Assembly: GCA_013166775.1 (NCBI GenBank)
Contig: JABLTJ010000002.1
Span: 32,001 to 96,000, forward strand
Origin: Promethearchaeati archaeon
GTDB lineage: Archaea; Asgardarchaeota; Heimdallarchaeia; Heimdallarchaeales; Heimdallarchaeaceae
Reading direction: 5' to 3'
DNA length: 64,000 bases
How positions within the stretch are numbered: the stretch's first letter is position 1; each line of letters starts with the position of its first letter. This document shows positions 20,279-30,528 of this stretch, one piece after another. The notes beneath the pieces were generated by a model, which was not told where the DNA came from, searched no databases, and saw only the letters and a list, made by a program, of their open reading frames with translations. Made by a program: the position numbers and the translations under genes.

Positions 20279-22048
20279 CTATACACTATTGATAATTAGT
20301 ACTTCCCAAGCTGAAAACTGCTCAATATATAGTGAGATTGTAAAATCAACACTTGATGGTCTATCACGATAATCGAAAGCGATTGTTAGATGGATATCCA
20401 ATAAATTAGAAATAGGATCAACACCTGGATTGACTGGGAATTGTTCATCATCACCTATTGCACTTCCTTCAGATAACCAGAATTCTTCCTTCACATCATC
20501 AAAGATACTATAGACAAAATCTATTCTGCTGTTTCCGCCCCAACCAATCTTCATTTGTGTAACATTTAGAGTAATTGGCACCATACTTTGGAGATAGAAT
20601 GATAAATAACCTCTTCTTTGCCAGAAGAAACCTCCTCCACCATCAATAGCAGCTGCACCATAGATTCTGAATACCTCATTATCGACTTCAGCTATAAGAG
20701 GTCCAGTTGAATTTCCATTACCTGCGAATGACAAATCATAGACTTGTGCAGATATTGAGTAATTATCATCAGGTAGGAGGAAAGTATTAAATTCTAGTAC
20801 CCATTTCTCTTGGTTTTCTATAAATACTGCATCTCCTTCTACACTATGTTGATAGAGATAGTAAAAGGAACTTGATAAGCTAATGAAGTAGATATCGAAT
20901 CTGGAGGTATCAATTCCTGAAGCATCTGAAGCAAAAACCTCTAATGTTACATATTCTGAGAGGAATGTATTATTTTCAGGAGTTATAAAATACGTATTTG
21001 GCATTAAATTATCTATAAGAGAGAATGCTTGCCCATGGCTGTTCAAATTACCTGCTTCATCTTTTACATAAATTGTAAAAGCCAATTCATCTTCTGCCAT
21101 TGTAGCTGTTTTTGCACTAGTTAATTCATAATCTGTTGTTGCATCGGATATAGAAGTAAATACTGACTCATATCCGTAAACATCTCCACTCATAACAAGA
21201 GTCTGATTAATAAGTTGTGCACCTGCAATACCTAAACTCCAAGAAACATCCAAAGAGTCACCAGGATTAATTACACTTTCACTCAATGAGAGATTCACAT
21301 CGATTTCTTCATTATCTATTCCAAAAGTTCGAGTCACCTGAGAGTTTTGTCCAAGAGCATCACTAACATAAAAAATAATCTCATAATTATCTTGGTCAAC
21401 ATACAATGTAGAATCAATATTAGTGGCAATTGTTTGATTTTCTAGAACAACTGTTCCGCTTGGTAATGCAAAATCATATGTTATGATCGAAGTTTTAAAA
21501 CCTCCAGTAGCGATTGCTTGAGGATCTATTATTCCACTTGCCCAACTGTCTTCAATTGGATTGAGAATTGTGAAATCAAGTGGTTCAATATTGTCAAGGT
21601 GCTTAAGATTGTCCGGAGCAAAAGCTGTGAGTTCATCATCATAGACAAGTTTTACTCTAAATATATTCTCTCCAATTTCCACATAACTTGATGGATCAAA
21701 TGTAACAACTAAATCAAGTCGTTCTGCAGGATTGACCGTTAATGGAAACGGAATTCCTTCTACAACTGCATTACTTATATCTAATGTATCATTGGTAACC
21801 TCTGTATCTATTGTAACATTAATTTGTGAAATGATTGCATTAGCACTTCCTGTATTTTGAACTGTAACATAAGCAACATCAACAACAGAATCCCCGTCAC
21901 TGTCAAACCATTGTATAGTAATTAAATCAACATTTGCGCTTCCTCTGAGCATTGGAACTACAATAAAATATACCATTGCACTTGCTGCTACTACCAAACT
22001 GATTAAAAGTATAGTAGCAACTACTGGTGAAACTGCTCTTCTTTTCAT
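20279..22048 (-). CDS. Large type IV pilin/archaellin-like surface protein with Ig-like domains
   Basis: Class III signal peptide MKRRA/VSPVVATILLISLVVAA; acidic beta-rich body with V.D..GN and ASDASGI Ig-like motifs. Confidence 0.85.
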   Translation of the reverse strand: MKRRAVSPVVATILLISLVVAASAMVYFIVVPMLRGSANVDLITIQWFDSDGDSVVDVAYVTVQNTGSANAIISQINVTIDTEVTNDTLDISNAVVEGIPFPLTVNPAERLDLVVTFDPSSYVEIGENIFRVKLVYDDELTAFAPDNLKHLDNIEPLDFTILNPIEDSWASGIIDPQAIATGGFKTSIITYDFALPSGTVVLENQTIATNIDSTLYVDQDNYEIIFYVSDALGQNSQVTRTFGIDNEEIDVNLSLSESVINPGDSLDVSWSLGIAGAQLINQTLVMSGDVYGYESVFTSISDATTDYELTSAKTATMAEDELAFTIYVKDEAGNLNSHGQAFSLIDNLMPNTYFITPENNTFLSEYVTLEVFASDASGIDTSRFDIYFISLSSSFYYLYQHSVEGDAVFIENQEKWVLEFNTFLLPDDNYSISAQVYDLSFAGNGNSTGPLIAEVDNEVFRIYGAAAIDGGGGFFWQRRGYLSFYLQSMVPITLNVTQMKIGWGGNSRIDFVYSIFDDVKEEFWLSEGSAIGDDEQFPVNPGVDPISNLLDIHLTIAFDYRDRPSSVDFTISLYIEQFSAWEVLIINSV

Positions 22049-22195
22049 TCTAAATACCTTCTTTACAATACCGTTGGACGGTCGTTATAGTAATTACGAA
22101 TTTAAAGCTAATAAACTTTGTTGCTGTACTAGTTAAAAATGACAGTTAGAGCGAATAATTTATAAAAACAATTTATCGAATGGAGCTTGAAGTAA

Positions 22196-22858
22196 ATGTC
22201 CCAAGAGAAAAAAATTTCTGTTAGAGAAACTGTTTATAAAAAGAACGATGATCTTGCGGAAGAAATTCGTAAGAATATGAAAAACAAAGGAAAATTGTTT
22301 TTCAATATAATGGGATCAATAGGAGCTGGAAAAACATTATTGCTTGAAAATTTAGCGGTGAAATTATCCACGCATTATAGAGTTTTTGTTATAAACGGAG
22401 ATATAGCAACTACAATTGATGCCGATCGAATTGCCAAACATGGAGTAAAAACAGTTCAAATTAACACAGGTGGTGGATGTCATCTTAATGCGAATCTTAT
22501 TGCTAAAGAACTAGAGAAAATCAATATTGATGATTTTGATATATTTTTCACTGAAAATGTAGGCAATCTAATATGCCCTGCTGCTTGGGATGTAGGTGCA
22601 CAAATGAATATCGTTGTAGTAAGTATTACTGAGGGTGAGTACGTTGTAAAGAAGCATCCTATAATTTTCAAAGATGCCGAAATAGCTATTATTAACAAAT
22701 GTGATTTGGATGGTTTAGGATTCGATTCTCAAGTTTTGGAGGAAGACGCATCAAAAATCAAATCAGGAATGAAAGTCATTTGCACCAGCGCTAAGACAGG
22801 TCAAGGCATTGATGACTTCATTGAAGCTCTTGGAATAGAAATACCTAGGGACGAATAA
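22196..22858 (+). CDS. hypB: Hydrogenase nickel incorporation GTPase HypB
   Basis: GSIGAGKT, INTGGGCHL, ENVGNLICPA, NKCD. Confidence 0.96.
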   Translation: MSQEKKISVRETVYKKNDDLAEEIRKNMKNKGKLFFNIMGSIGAGKTLLLENLAVKLSTHYRVFVINGDIATTIDADRIAKHGVKTVQINTGGGCHLNANLIAKELEKINIDDFDIFFTENVGNLICPAAWDVGAQMNIVVVSITEGEYVVKKHPIIFKDAEIAIINKCDLDGLGFDSQVLEEDASKIKSGMKVICTSAKTGQGIDDFIEALGIEIPRDE

Positions 22859-22859
22859 C

Positions 22860-23231
22860 ATGCATGAATTTAGCCTTGCTTCTGCAATAGTAGAACAAGT
22901 GAAAGAGATAATCGAAGAACATAAGGCTATAAGAGTAAAAAAAATTAGTATTTCAGCTGGTCCATATGAACTGATAATACCTGACCTTCTGCAAGATTCT
23001 TTCAAAATAATTACAGATGAACTTGAAAAGTTCAGGGAATCAGTTTTAGAGCTAATTAGAAAGCCTGCTAGAATAACATGTTTAGAATGTGACTATAATG
23101 GTGAACCTGATTCAGAAGGAGATGAGGAGTTTGCTTTTAATTTCAAATGCCCTGAATGTGGATCGAGAGACACTCATATTGATAGAAGCTACTTAACAAT
23201 AGAATCAGTAGATTTAGAGCTACCAAGCTAA
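22860..23231 (+). CDS. hypA: Hydrogenase maturation nickel metallochaperone HypA
   Basis: MHE N-terminus and two CxxC pairs (CLEC, CPECGS). Confidence 0.96.
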   Translation: MHEFSLASAIVEQVKEIIEEHKAIRVKKISISAGPYELIIPDLLQDSFKIITDELEKFRESVLELIRKPARITCLECDYNGEPDSEGDEEFAFNFKCPECGSRDTHIDRSYLTIESVDLELPS

Positions 23232-23304
23232 CTATTGACACCTCTTTTTATAAATGAATTTGAATTTGGAAAACTATAAAAGACTCCTTACGAGTTATTG
23301 ATAT

Positions 23305-23487
23305 ATGAGAGCCATCGCAGTTGTTGGTTTAGTATTATTAGGAGTTATTCTAAGTCCACTTGTTATTGCTCTTGGATTATCAATTGCAGCTATAGTTTTG
23401 CTCATTACAATTTTCACATATATTTACAGATTTCTAACTTTCGCGGAATTCAGAAACAAAAGAAATAGAAAAGAAATAAAGGAGTAA
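23305..23487 (+). CDS. Small membrane protein
   Basis: 60 aa; long hydrophobic stretch plus basic tail; fills the intergenic gap. Confidence 0.55.
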   Translation: MRAIAVVGLVLLGVILSPLVIALGLSIAAIVLLITIFTYIYRFLTFAEFRNKRNRKEIKE

Positions 23488-23511
23488 CGAAAATAATCTT
23501 TCAGTTATATT

Positions 23512-24597
23512 TTAGCTCCAAATGTGTCTATCAAACGAAACTAATCTTTTACTAGTTTTATTAACTAGAATATCATCCTCAATACGAATACCAAATTTAT
23601 TGGGGATATAAATACCAGGTTCATTAGTGTGGACATTCCCAGAAAGTAATGGATCTTTATTACCCTTGACAATATAAGGATTTTCATGAACTTCCAAACC
23701 TAATCCGTGACCTAATCTATGAGTGAAGTATTTTCCATAACCAGCATTATCAATAACTTCTCTCGCTGCAAAATCCACTTGTTCTGCTGGAACGCCAGTT
23801 TTGGATTTTAGAAGTGCTGCATCATTTGCTTGTTCAACTACATCGTAGACTTTTAGGAATTCTTCTGAAGCCTTCCCAAAAACAGTGGTAACAGTTATAT
23901 CGGCAAAATAATATTCACACATAGTTCCTGCATCTATTAAAATCACGCTATTTTTCTGAAGTTTCTTATTTGAAGGTGGTCCATGTGGCATTGCACTGTT
24001 TTCATCGATTTGTACAAGAGCCCAACTAGGCTCTCCAGATAAACTAGTCATTTCTTTTTGAGCTCTTTTCAGAATCTCTAATTCAGTTAATCCTTCTTCC
24101 AGATTCTCGATTGTTTTCAAAATTCCTTTAACTGTATTTTCTCCAGATATTTCCATCCTCTCTATTTCTGCACTATCCTTAATTGATCTCATTTTTCTTA
24201 TTAAAAATCCGCCATCTATGAATTCAGCTTCAGGATATTTTTTCTTTAGTCTTGAATAGATTTCAAACGGTGTTGTAGGTTCCATAGCTATTTTTTTCAC
24301 ATTACAAGAAATAGCATCTCTTAGGACGGCATAAGGATCTTCTTCTTCCTTCCATGTTACGACATCATCAAACGTAGTAAATTTAGTCATTCTCTTTTTT
24401 TCGAAAGATGGTGCTATTAGGATAGAATCATCATCTTTCTGAATTATTCCGCAAACTAATCTTTCACTAATTTGAAAAGCACCTTTAAACATGTACAAAA
24501 AATCCACAGAGGGTGGAATTATGAAAAGATCAATGTCATTCTTTTCAATATCTTTCTTTAGTTTATTTTCTCTCTCTTCAAAATTTAACGATTTCAC
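23512..24597 (-). CDS. pepQ: Xaa-Pro dipeptidase/aminopeptidase (M24)
   Basis: PHG, IDAG...YFADIT, HRLGHGLGLEVHE, NEPGIY, GIRIEDD. Confidence 0.92.
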   Translation of the reverse strand: MKSLNFEERENKLKKDIEKNDIDLFIIPPSVDFLYMFKGAFQISERLVCGIIQKDDDSILIAPSFEKKRMTKFTTFDDVVTWKEEEDPYAVLRDAISCNVKKIAMEPTTPFEIYSRLKKKYPEAEFIDGGFLIRKMRSIKDSAEIERMEISGENTVKGILKTIENLEEGLTELEILKRAQKEMTSLSGEPSWALVQIDENSAMPHGPPSNKKLQKNSVILIDAGTMCEYYFADITVTTVFGKASEEFLKVYDVVEQANDAALLKSKTGVPAEQVDFAAREVIDNAGYGKYFTHRLGHGLGLEVHENPYIVKGNKDPLLSGNVHTNEPGIYIPNKFGIRIEDDILVNKTSKRLVSFDRHIWS

Positions 24598-24715
24598 ATG
24601 CTTTGTTTTTTTAGTTCTATATAGTTTTTTTGTAAGAAAATCATAAACTACTAAATTCAGTATTAAACCAACACCTCAATATTTAATGCAAATCATTTAA
24701 AACTGATAATCAATA

Positions 24716-27025
24716 TTGAAGCTTATGCATCTTTCATTATTGAAAACACGACCATTCAACAAGTTTGTTGAAATGGAACTTGAAAGAGATAATTTGTATA
24801 AATCTTTTAGAACCTTAGATGAACCAAAGGAAATTTCCACCTCCTGGATTACCTTTGCCGAATCATGTTCTCAAAACCTTTCTGTTATTAATAGCCTTGC
24901 AGATATGGCTATACAAAGAATTTATGATGTTTATATTGATATAAACCAGAAAAAAGATAATCCACTCGTTCTTCATGAATTACTTTATGGAGACTTCAGA
25001 AATCAAATAGCAGTTCTGAATCAATTTGAATTACAGTTAGGAGTTCTAACCTATGTATATTCCCAAGTCCGTAACAGAGGTGTTTTCAATCATGCTCCAA
25101 AAACAACTCAATATGAATATTATATCACTGCTAAAGAATCTATAGATACTATTCTTTATCGAATCTTAAATAATGAAATTCCTATAATAGAGAGTGAAGA
25201 TTTGACTCCTTCACCCTCTGTTTCTGATTTGCTTCAGGTCTTAATGCCATTAGTTCAATTAGAGAATTTGAAAAGACTAATTCCAATTTATGATAGTCTT
25301 CCAGATTATGAAAATGATCCCAAAGTCTTATCTAAAAAAGGAGAGTACGATTATTTACAAGGAATTACACTTGTGACACATATTATAGATATTGCAAAAA
25401 AAGCTTCTAGAGATTTCTGGTGGGCTGATCCCATTTCAGAACTATCTATTCTAAATCATGCAAAAGAGCATTTTGAGACAGTGATCTCTTTATGGAATAA
25501 AATCCCTGAAACATTAGGAAGTAGAGCATTAGCAATTCAAAGCGAGTTTTTACCAATTGTTGATGCTCATAGTGCAATCTCTCTTGTTCAACACTTCAAA
25601 TTATTAGCTCAAAATGCAATGGAAAGTGGGGACCTGAATCATGCTGCCCTTTACTTCGGAGAAGCAAAGAAGGAATTTGACAAAGCATGTAATCTTCTGG
25701 AAAACTCAGATAATCCTGAAAGTGATCAAATCCATAAACAAATTCAAAAAGAAGAATCAGAATTAGAGATACTGTACTCCATAACCAATTTAGCTTTGAA
25801 GTATACTGAGATTGTAAATTATCTATACGCTCAAGATACTGAAAATGCCTCAAAATCCTGTTTAGAGATAGAAAAATTGCTGAAAAAAATAGAACGAGTA
25901 GGTTCATTACCTTATGTGTACGGAGTAAGTGTTATTTATTCATCAGCAGCTTCGATTGTAAATGAATTAGTAGGTCAAGAGATAGATAATTTAACAGTAA
26001 TTGATAGATTAGTTTCACAATTCCAATTTCCATTAAAAGCAATGAGTGCCGCATTATCGGATGTAGAGTTAGAGTTCATAGATGTTGACGATTCAAACCC
26101 AATGAAGAGTTACAAAGAATTACAAGAACTTGATGAAAGATTATCTTATCTGGAAAAAGCTATTGAACTTCTCCCTCCTTTCCTGCCTGATAAAGATTTA
26201 AAGAGACACAAAATCCATGCTATGAAATACTACATAAAGTCAATAATCGCTGAGAATAAAACTTACATTTATGCAGATAACAACATCGTTCTAGACTTGA
26301 TTTTAAGAGCAAGAGCTCACTATTATGCTAAAAAAGCTGAACAAAGTATTGGAGAGATAAAGAGTAAAAAACAGGAAAAGAAATTTAGACAACTAATAAG
26401 TGAAAGAATGCTGAAAACAAAAACAATTGGAATGGTTACAGAATCAAGTTTAGTATCATTAGGTCTTCAGAGTGTTTACAAGAATGAAGTTAGAAAATAT
26501 ATCGAAGAGATGATTAGAGTAATGGCAGAAGTTGAAGAACTGCCAGACATAATTGGTGAAATTGCAGAAAAGCAATTTGATGAGATGATTGATTTTCAAG
26601 AAATGTTAGATCTAATCATGATTGATACTCAAGAACTCTTAGCTACAAATGTCGAAATTTCTATTAAAGGAAACGAAATTAACTGGGATTTTGTAAAACG
26701 AAGAGAAGCATTCATTCCTGCAGTTAGAAGCATGTTTGAAGCTGTTAAATTAGTAATTCTTGGGGAATTAAATATTATCACTAAGAAAAAAGCAAAAGCA
26801 GAAACTAGTTATTTAAAAGCAGGAGAGCTATTGTATAGCATAAGTTCTTCTCTTGGTAAAATTGCTCAATATTTAGAAGATAAACAGGAACTTCCTCAAA
26901 CAGTCTATGCAATATCACTCTTTTGTAGAGAAAATTCTCAAGCGATAAGAGATAGAAGAAAAACAAAAGAAGTACCTTACAACGAAATAGTCTCAATTCT
27001 CGATTACCTCATACTTAACCTTTAA
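24716..27025 (+). CDS. Large all-helical hypothetical protein (TPR/alpha-solenoid-like)
   Basis: 769 aa, no TMs; helical repeats such as AALYFGEAKKEFDKA and AETSYLKAGELL. Confidence 0.65.
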   Translation: MKLMHLSLLKTRPFNKFVEMELERDNLYKSFRTLDEPKEISTSWITFAESCSQNLSVINSLADMAIQRIYDVYIDINQKKDNPLVLHELLYGDFRNQIAVLNQFELQLGVLTYVYSQVRNRGVFNHAPKTTQYEYYITAKESIDTILYRILNNEIPIIESEDLTPSPSVSDLLQVLMPLVQLENLKRLIPIYDSLPDYENDPKVLSKKGEYDYLQGITLVTHIIDIAKKASRDFWWADPISELSILNHAKEHFETVISLWNKIPETLGSRALAIQSEFLPIVDAHSAISLVQHFKLLAQNAMESGDLNHAALYFGEAKKEFDKACNLLENSDNPESDQIHKQIQKEESELEILYSITNLALKYTEIVNYLYAQDTENASKSCLEIEKLLKKIERVGSLPYVYGVSVIYSSAASIVNELVGQEIDNLTVIDRLVSQFQFPLKAMSAALSDVELEFIDVDDSNPMKSYKELQELDERLSYLEKAIELLPPFLPDKDLKRHKIHAMKYYIKSIIAENKTYIYADNNIVLDLILRARAHYYAKKAEQSIGEIKSKKQEKKFRQLISERMLKTKTIGMVTESSLVSLGLQSVYKNEVRKYIEEMIRVMAEVEELPDIIGEIAEKQFDEMIDFQEMLDLIMIDTQELLATNVEISIKGNEINWDFVKRREAFIPAVRSMFEAVKLVILGELNIITKKKAKAETSYLKAGELLYSISSSLGKIAQYLEDKQELPQTVYAISLFCRENSQAIRDRRKTKEVPYNEIVSILDYLILNL

Positions 27026-27057
27026 ACGTGAATCTGTGTTTGTATGGTGGGAGATAA

Positions 27058-27966
27058 ATGGAAGATATTCTGAATTTGAAGAAGAAAGGTATTCCAATAA
27101 CAGTTGTAGGATTGCCTTCTGCAGGTAAAACAACATTAGTTAACTGGTTATCTGAGAAACGATTTACTAGACCCAAACCAACTGTAGGTTTAAAATTTAA
27201 TCAAATACAAATCGGAGATGTTATTTTCAATATATTTGATTTATCAGGTCAAGCTCAATACAGAGAAAAAATCTGGGAGACCTACATCATGACTTCTGCT
27301 GGGATAATTTTCATATTGGATTCATCTGAATCTGCTCTTCTGGAAGAAGCTAAGAAATGGTTTTGGACGATAATTAACGAATGGTTACAGGGTATTTTTT
27401 CTGATAAAATAATATTATTTTTAGCGAATAAATCTGATTTACAAAAATCTATGAAATTAGATGAGATCATAGAGAAGTTAGAATTGACACAGATGTCTTC
27501 TATTCCTAATATATCATTTCAGATTTTTAAAACATCAATTAGAACTAGCACCAATATTGATTTTGCCATGAAATGGTTTTTCTCTAAGATTGAACAGAGT
27601 GTTGAAGAACAAAAAATGAAACCTTCTGCAATAATTATCTCAGATACTTCTGGTACACCAATATACCTACATGATCCCAATGAAATTGTAGATGATACAG
27701 GTATGTTTGTAGGATATTTACGAGCTTTAAGTGGATTTTCTGATGAATTATTTGGTCAAGAGAAATTTAAGGTAATAAAAATAGAAAATCATTATTTCTT
27801 TATCTCTGAAGGGAAAAATCATAATGTTACAATTGCAGCTGGTAAGGAATCAGCTTTACCAGAAGCTCGACGATTATCTTTTCTAATACACGAATTCTTA
27901 TTAAAAGATGAGTATAAATTAAAAAACGGAGATTTAGATTCCTTTATTTCAGAATACATAATTTAA
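27058..27966 (+). CDS. Arf-like small GTPase with C-terminal longin/roadblock-like domain
   Basis: G1 GLPSAGKT, G2 PTVG, G3 DLSGQ, G4 NKSD, G5 TSI; C-terminal IIISDTSGTPIY...GYLRALSGFSDELFG. Confidence 0.88.
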   Translation: MEDILNLKKKGIPITVVGLPSAGKTTLVNWLSEKRFTRPKPTVGLKFNQIQIGDVIFNIFDLSGQAQYREKIWETYIMTSAGIIFILDSSESALLEEAKKWFWTIINEWLQGIFSDKIILFLANKSDLQKSMKLDEIIEKLELTQMSSIPNISFQIFKTSIRTSTNIDFAMKWFFSKIEQSVEEQKMKPSAIIISDTSGTPIYLHDPNEIVDDTGMFVGYLRALSGFSDELFGQEKFKVIKIENHYFFISEGKNHNVTIAAGKESALPEARRLSFLIHEFLLKDEYKLKNGDLDSFISEYII

Positions 27967-28062
27967 TTTAGAAGCACTATATTAAATTCTTAAAAACAAG
28001 TTGCTTCCACAACAATTATAAAGATATTAGATTCATAACAATTTAGTGTTAGGTGTAATATA

Positions 28063-28659
28063 ATGGATTGTAAATTCTGCAAACTTGAAAAGATTGACAT
28101 TCAGGAAGATGGAATTACTTTCAAATGTTCATACTGTGGATATGCTTTCGAATCTTCACGAACGGGGATTTTGTATGATAAAATGATGCAAATGCCTCTA
28201 AATTCATGGTTACTTGCTTCAATCTTATGGTTCTGTGCTATGTTAACAGGAGTTGCTTTTGGCGCAGGATTTAATACAGCATCATTAAGTACAACTATTC
28301 TATTTCTCTTTATTTATGGTGGTGCAGCTTTTCTTTTTGGTTTCTCAACTTCATTAGATATGTTACAAACCTCTTGGATATGGTTTAGAAATAAAATCAC
28401 TAGGAAGCAAACATCCTTTGAAGAAGTAAAGGAAGAGGTACGAGAAATAAGGAAAAAGAAAATAGTAAAAGAAATGGCAACTGGTCAAGCGCTTGATGAC
28501 GCAACTGGACAGGCAATTGAGACAGATATTCGTCCAGGTGAGAGGAGAGTACCCAAAATTTCTCCTTCATTTCTAGCAGGATTATATACTTTAATTCTTG
28601 GTGCAGCATTTATTATCGTATTTAATGTATTCTTTCCACCTTTTATATGGGGAATTTAA
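28063..28659 (+). CDS. Zinc-ribbon membrane protein
   Basis: CKFC...CSYCG N-terminus, about 3 TMs. Confidence 0.7.
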   Translation: MDCKFCKLEKIDIQEDGITFKCSYCGYAFESSRTGILYDKMMQMPLNSWLLASILWFCAMLTGVAFGAGFNTASLSTTILFLFIYGGAAFLFGFSTSLDMLQTSWIWFRNKITRKQTSFEEVKEEVREIRKKKIVKEMATGQALDDATGQAIETDIRPGERRVPKISPSFLAGLYTLILGAAFIIVFNVFFPPFIWGI

Positions 28660-29516
28660 TCCCATAATTCTTTATTTCGTAACATTTTTAGATATTTAAT
28701 ATTGTCAGAATCTCCTCGTATTTCATTAACAGGAGTTTCAAGGATCCAAGGTTTTTTACTCAGCAAAGGATGATTTACTAGTTCTTTAAATCCCGTTTCC
28801 CCTATTTTTCCCAAACCAATATGTTCATGGTTATCTCTGTGCGATCCAAGATCTCCTGTTGAATCATTAGCGTGAATTATAGCAACGTTTTCAATTCCTA
28901 TCAAAGATTCCATTTCTTCAAGAGTATTAATAACTCCTTTTTTATTTTGTAAATCATAACCTGCACTGAAAGCATGACATGTATCAAAACAAACTTGGAC
29001 AACTTTCTTATCATTAACTTCATTTAATATTCTCATAATATCGGGAAAAACTCCAGTTATAGAGTTTTTACTCCCAGATGAATTCTCAATTAGAATAACA
29101 ACCTTACCTTTTGTAATTTCCACACCCTTCAGAATTGAATTAACATAAGTTTCAAATCCTTGTTCTTTTGCACTTCCTTTATATGACCCACCATGTATGA
29201 TAAAATAAGGAATGTGTAAAGTTAGACTCCTTTCAAGTTCTAAGAGAAATGAATTGATAGATTTTTCATATATTTCTTTACTTTGAGATGCAAGATTTGG
29301 CAGGTATGATATATGACTCACAACTGGGAACAAAATCTTGTGATTTAATTGATCTCTGAAGCTATAGACCTCGTTATCATTTAGTTGTCTTGCTGACCAC
29401 CCTCTTGGATTCTTTGTGAAAATTTGAAAGGTATTGCAGTTGAGTTTCTTTGCTCTATCAAATGCAAGATCTACTGAACCAGAAATTGATACATGACATC
29501 CAACTCTAAATACCAT
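28656..29516 (-). CDS. nfo: Endonuclease IV (AP endonuclease)
   Basis: GCHVSI, FQIFTKNPRGW, CFDTCHAF, HANDS, HEHIG.G.IG, ILETP. Confidence 0.96.
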   Translation of the reverse strand: MVFRVGCHVSISGSVDLAFDRAKKLNCNTFQIFTKNPRGWSARQLNDNEVYSFRDQLNHKILFPVVSHISYLPNLASQSKEIYEKSINSFLLELERSLTLHIPYFIIHGGSYKGSAKEQGFETYVNSILKGVEITKGKVVILIENSSGSKNSITGVFPDIMRILNEVNDKKVVQVCFDTCHAFSAGYDLQNKKGVINTLEEMESLIGIENVAIIHANDSTGDLGSHRDNHEHIGLGKIGETGFKELVNHPLLSKKPWILETPVNEIRGDSDNIKYLKMLRNKELWD

Positions 29517-29538
29517 TCATCTTACTTCCCATTTGAAA

Positions 29539-30528
29539 TTAAAACTCATATGAAATGGCTAACTTCATGTATTTTTTTGTAGTTTGAATTAATTGTGTCT
29601 TTTCTTTTTCTAGAATATCTTGCAGAGAGAGGGAACAATATACTTTTGCTCTGACATATGCTCTATATGACTTATAGAATTGAATAAAGGACGACGAAAT
29701 ATTCATTTCATCTTTCATAGTTTCTAAATAGGTTTGAAGATATAAATCTGATAAAGTATTAAATCCAAAATAATCCAAGTCCATTGCCAAAAAAGATACT
29801 TCTTCAAGTATATCTTGTAACCTTAACATTTCATTGAATTCAATACAGTCGAAGATTAAAATTTCTGTCTCATATTCGAAGATATTCGCAAGAATCAAAT
29901 CACCATGACCATCCACTATTTTGTTTAAATTTTTCCTTTTTTCCCAGAAATCTTTGTTGTTCTCAAGAAATTTGTATACTCGTTCTTCCAGTTCTTTATC
30001 ATAAGGGAAATTAGGATATTTTCGAGTAGTTCTGAAATTTTCATCCCATTTTTCATATATAGAATCATAAATTGAAAATTCTGGATAGATTACATTTGAT
30101 TTATGAAATTCTGCTACAGTTTTAGCTATTTTTCTTATTGTGTTTTCTTCTATCTTTCCTAATTCTTTCAGTTTATTTGATAATAAAGAATCTTGTGGAA
30201 GTTGTTTCATCTTTACGAGATATTCAATAGGATTCCCTTTAGGATTAATTTTTCCTATTTCATCAACCATCTCAACCCCTAGGTAAATTGAAGGAGCTAA
30301 TCTAGTGTTTAGAACAATTTCATTTTCACATACAATTCGTCTTTTTTCTAGAGTTGAAAAATCTAGTACATCTCCGAATTTTATACTTTTCTTCATTTTG
30401 TATGCAAATAATCCTGTTAGAAATACCCAGTTTCCATTTGTTTCAATAACTTTTATCTCTGATTCAGTTTCATGTGGATAACTAGCTGGATCAAGTAATT
30501 TATTCACTACTTCTTTTTGAGAGAGCAT
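29539..30528 (-). CDS. Aminoglycoside phosphotransferase-like kinase (N-terminal half of the APH/AAA_33 bifunctional family)
   Basis: PASYPH...IET..WVFLTG.FAYKMKK, LDFSTLEKR, GHGDL, FDCIEFN, FLAMDL, YRAYVRAKV. Confidence 0.88.
   Translation of the reverse strand: MLSQKEVVNKLLDPASYPHETESEIKVIETNGNWVFLTGLFAYKMKKSIKFGDVLDFSTLEKRRIVCENEIVLNTRLAPSIYLGVEMVDEIGKINPKGNPIEYLVKMKQLPQDSLLSNKLKELGKIEENTIRKIAKTVAEFHKSNVIYPEFSIYDSIYEKWDENFRTTRKYPNFPYDKELEERVYKFLENNKDFWEKRKNLNKIVDGHGDLILANIFEYETEILIFDCIEFNEMLRLQDILEEVSFLAMDLDYFGFNTLSDLYLQTYLETMKDEMNISSSFIQFYKSYRAYVRAKVYCSLSLQDILEKEKTQLIQTTKKYMKLAISYEF

Noticed and set aside
22070-22082. Short inverted repeat ACCGT-tgg-ACGGT in the pilin/hypB divergent intergenic region
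   Set aside because: A 5-bp stem occurring once is expected by chance; no second copy seen to support an operator
22196-23231. hypAB as a marker of a hydrogenase operon
   Set aside because: No hydrogenase structural genes or other hyp genes are in the window; dispersed hyp genes are ordinary in archaea
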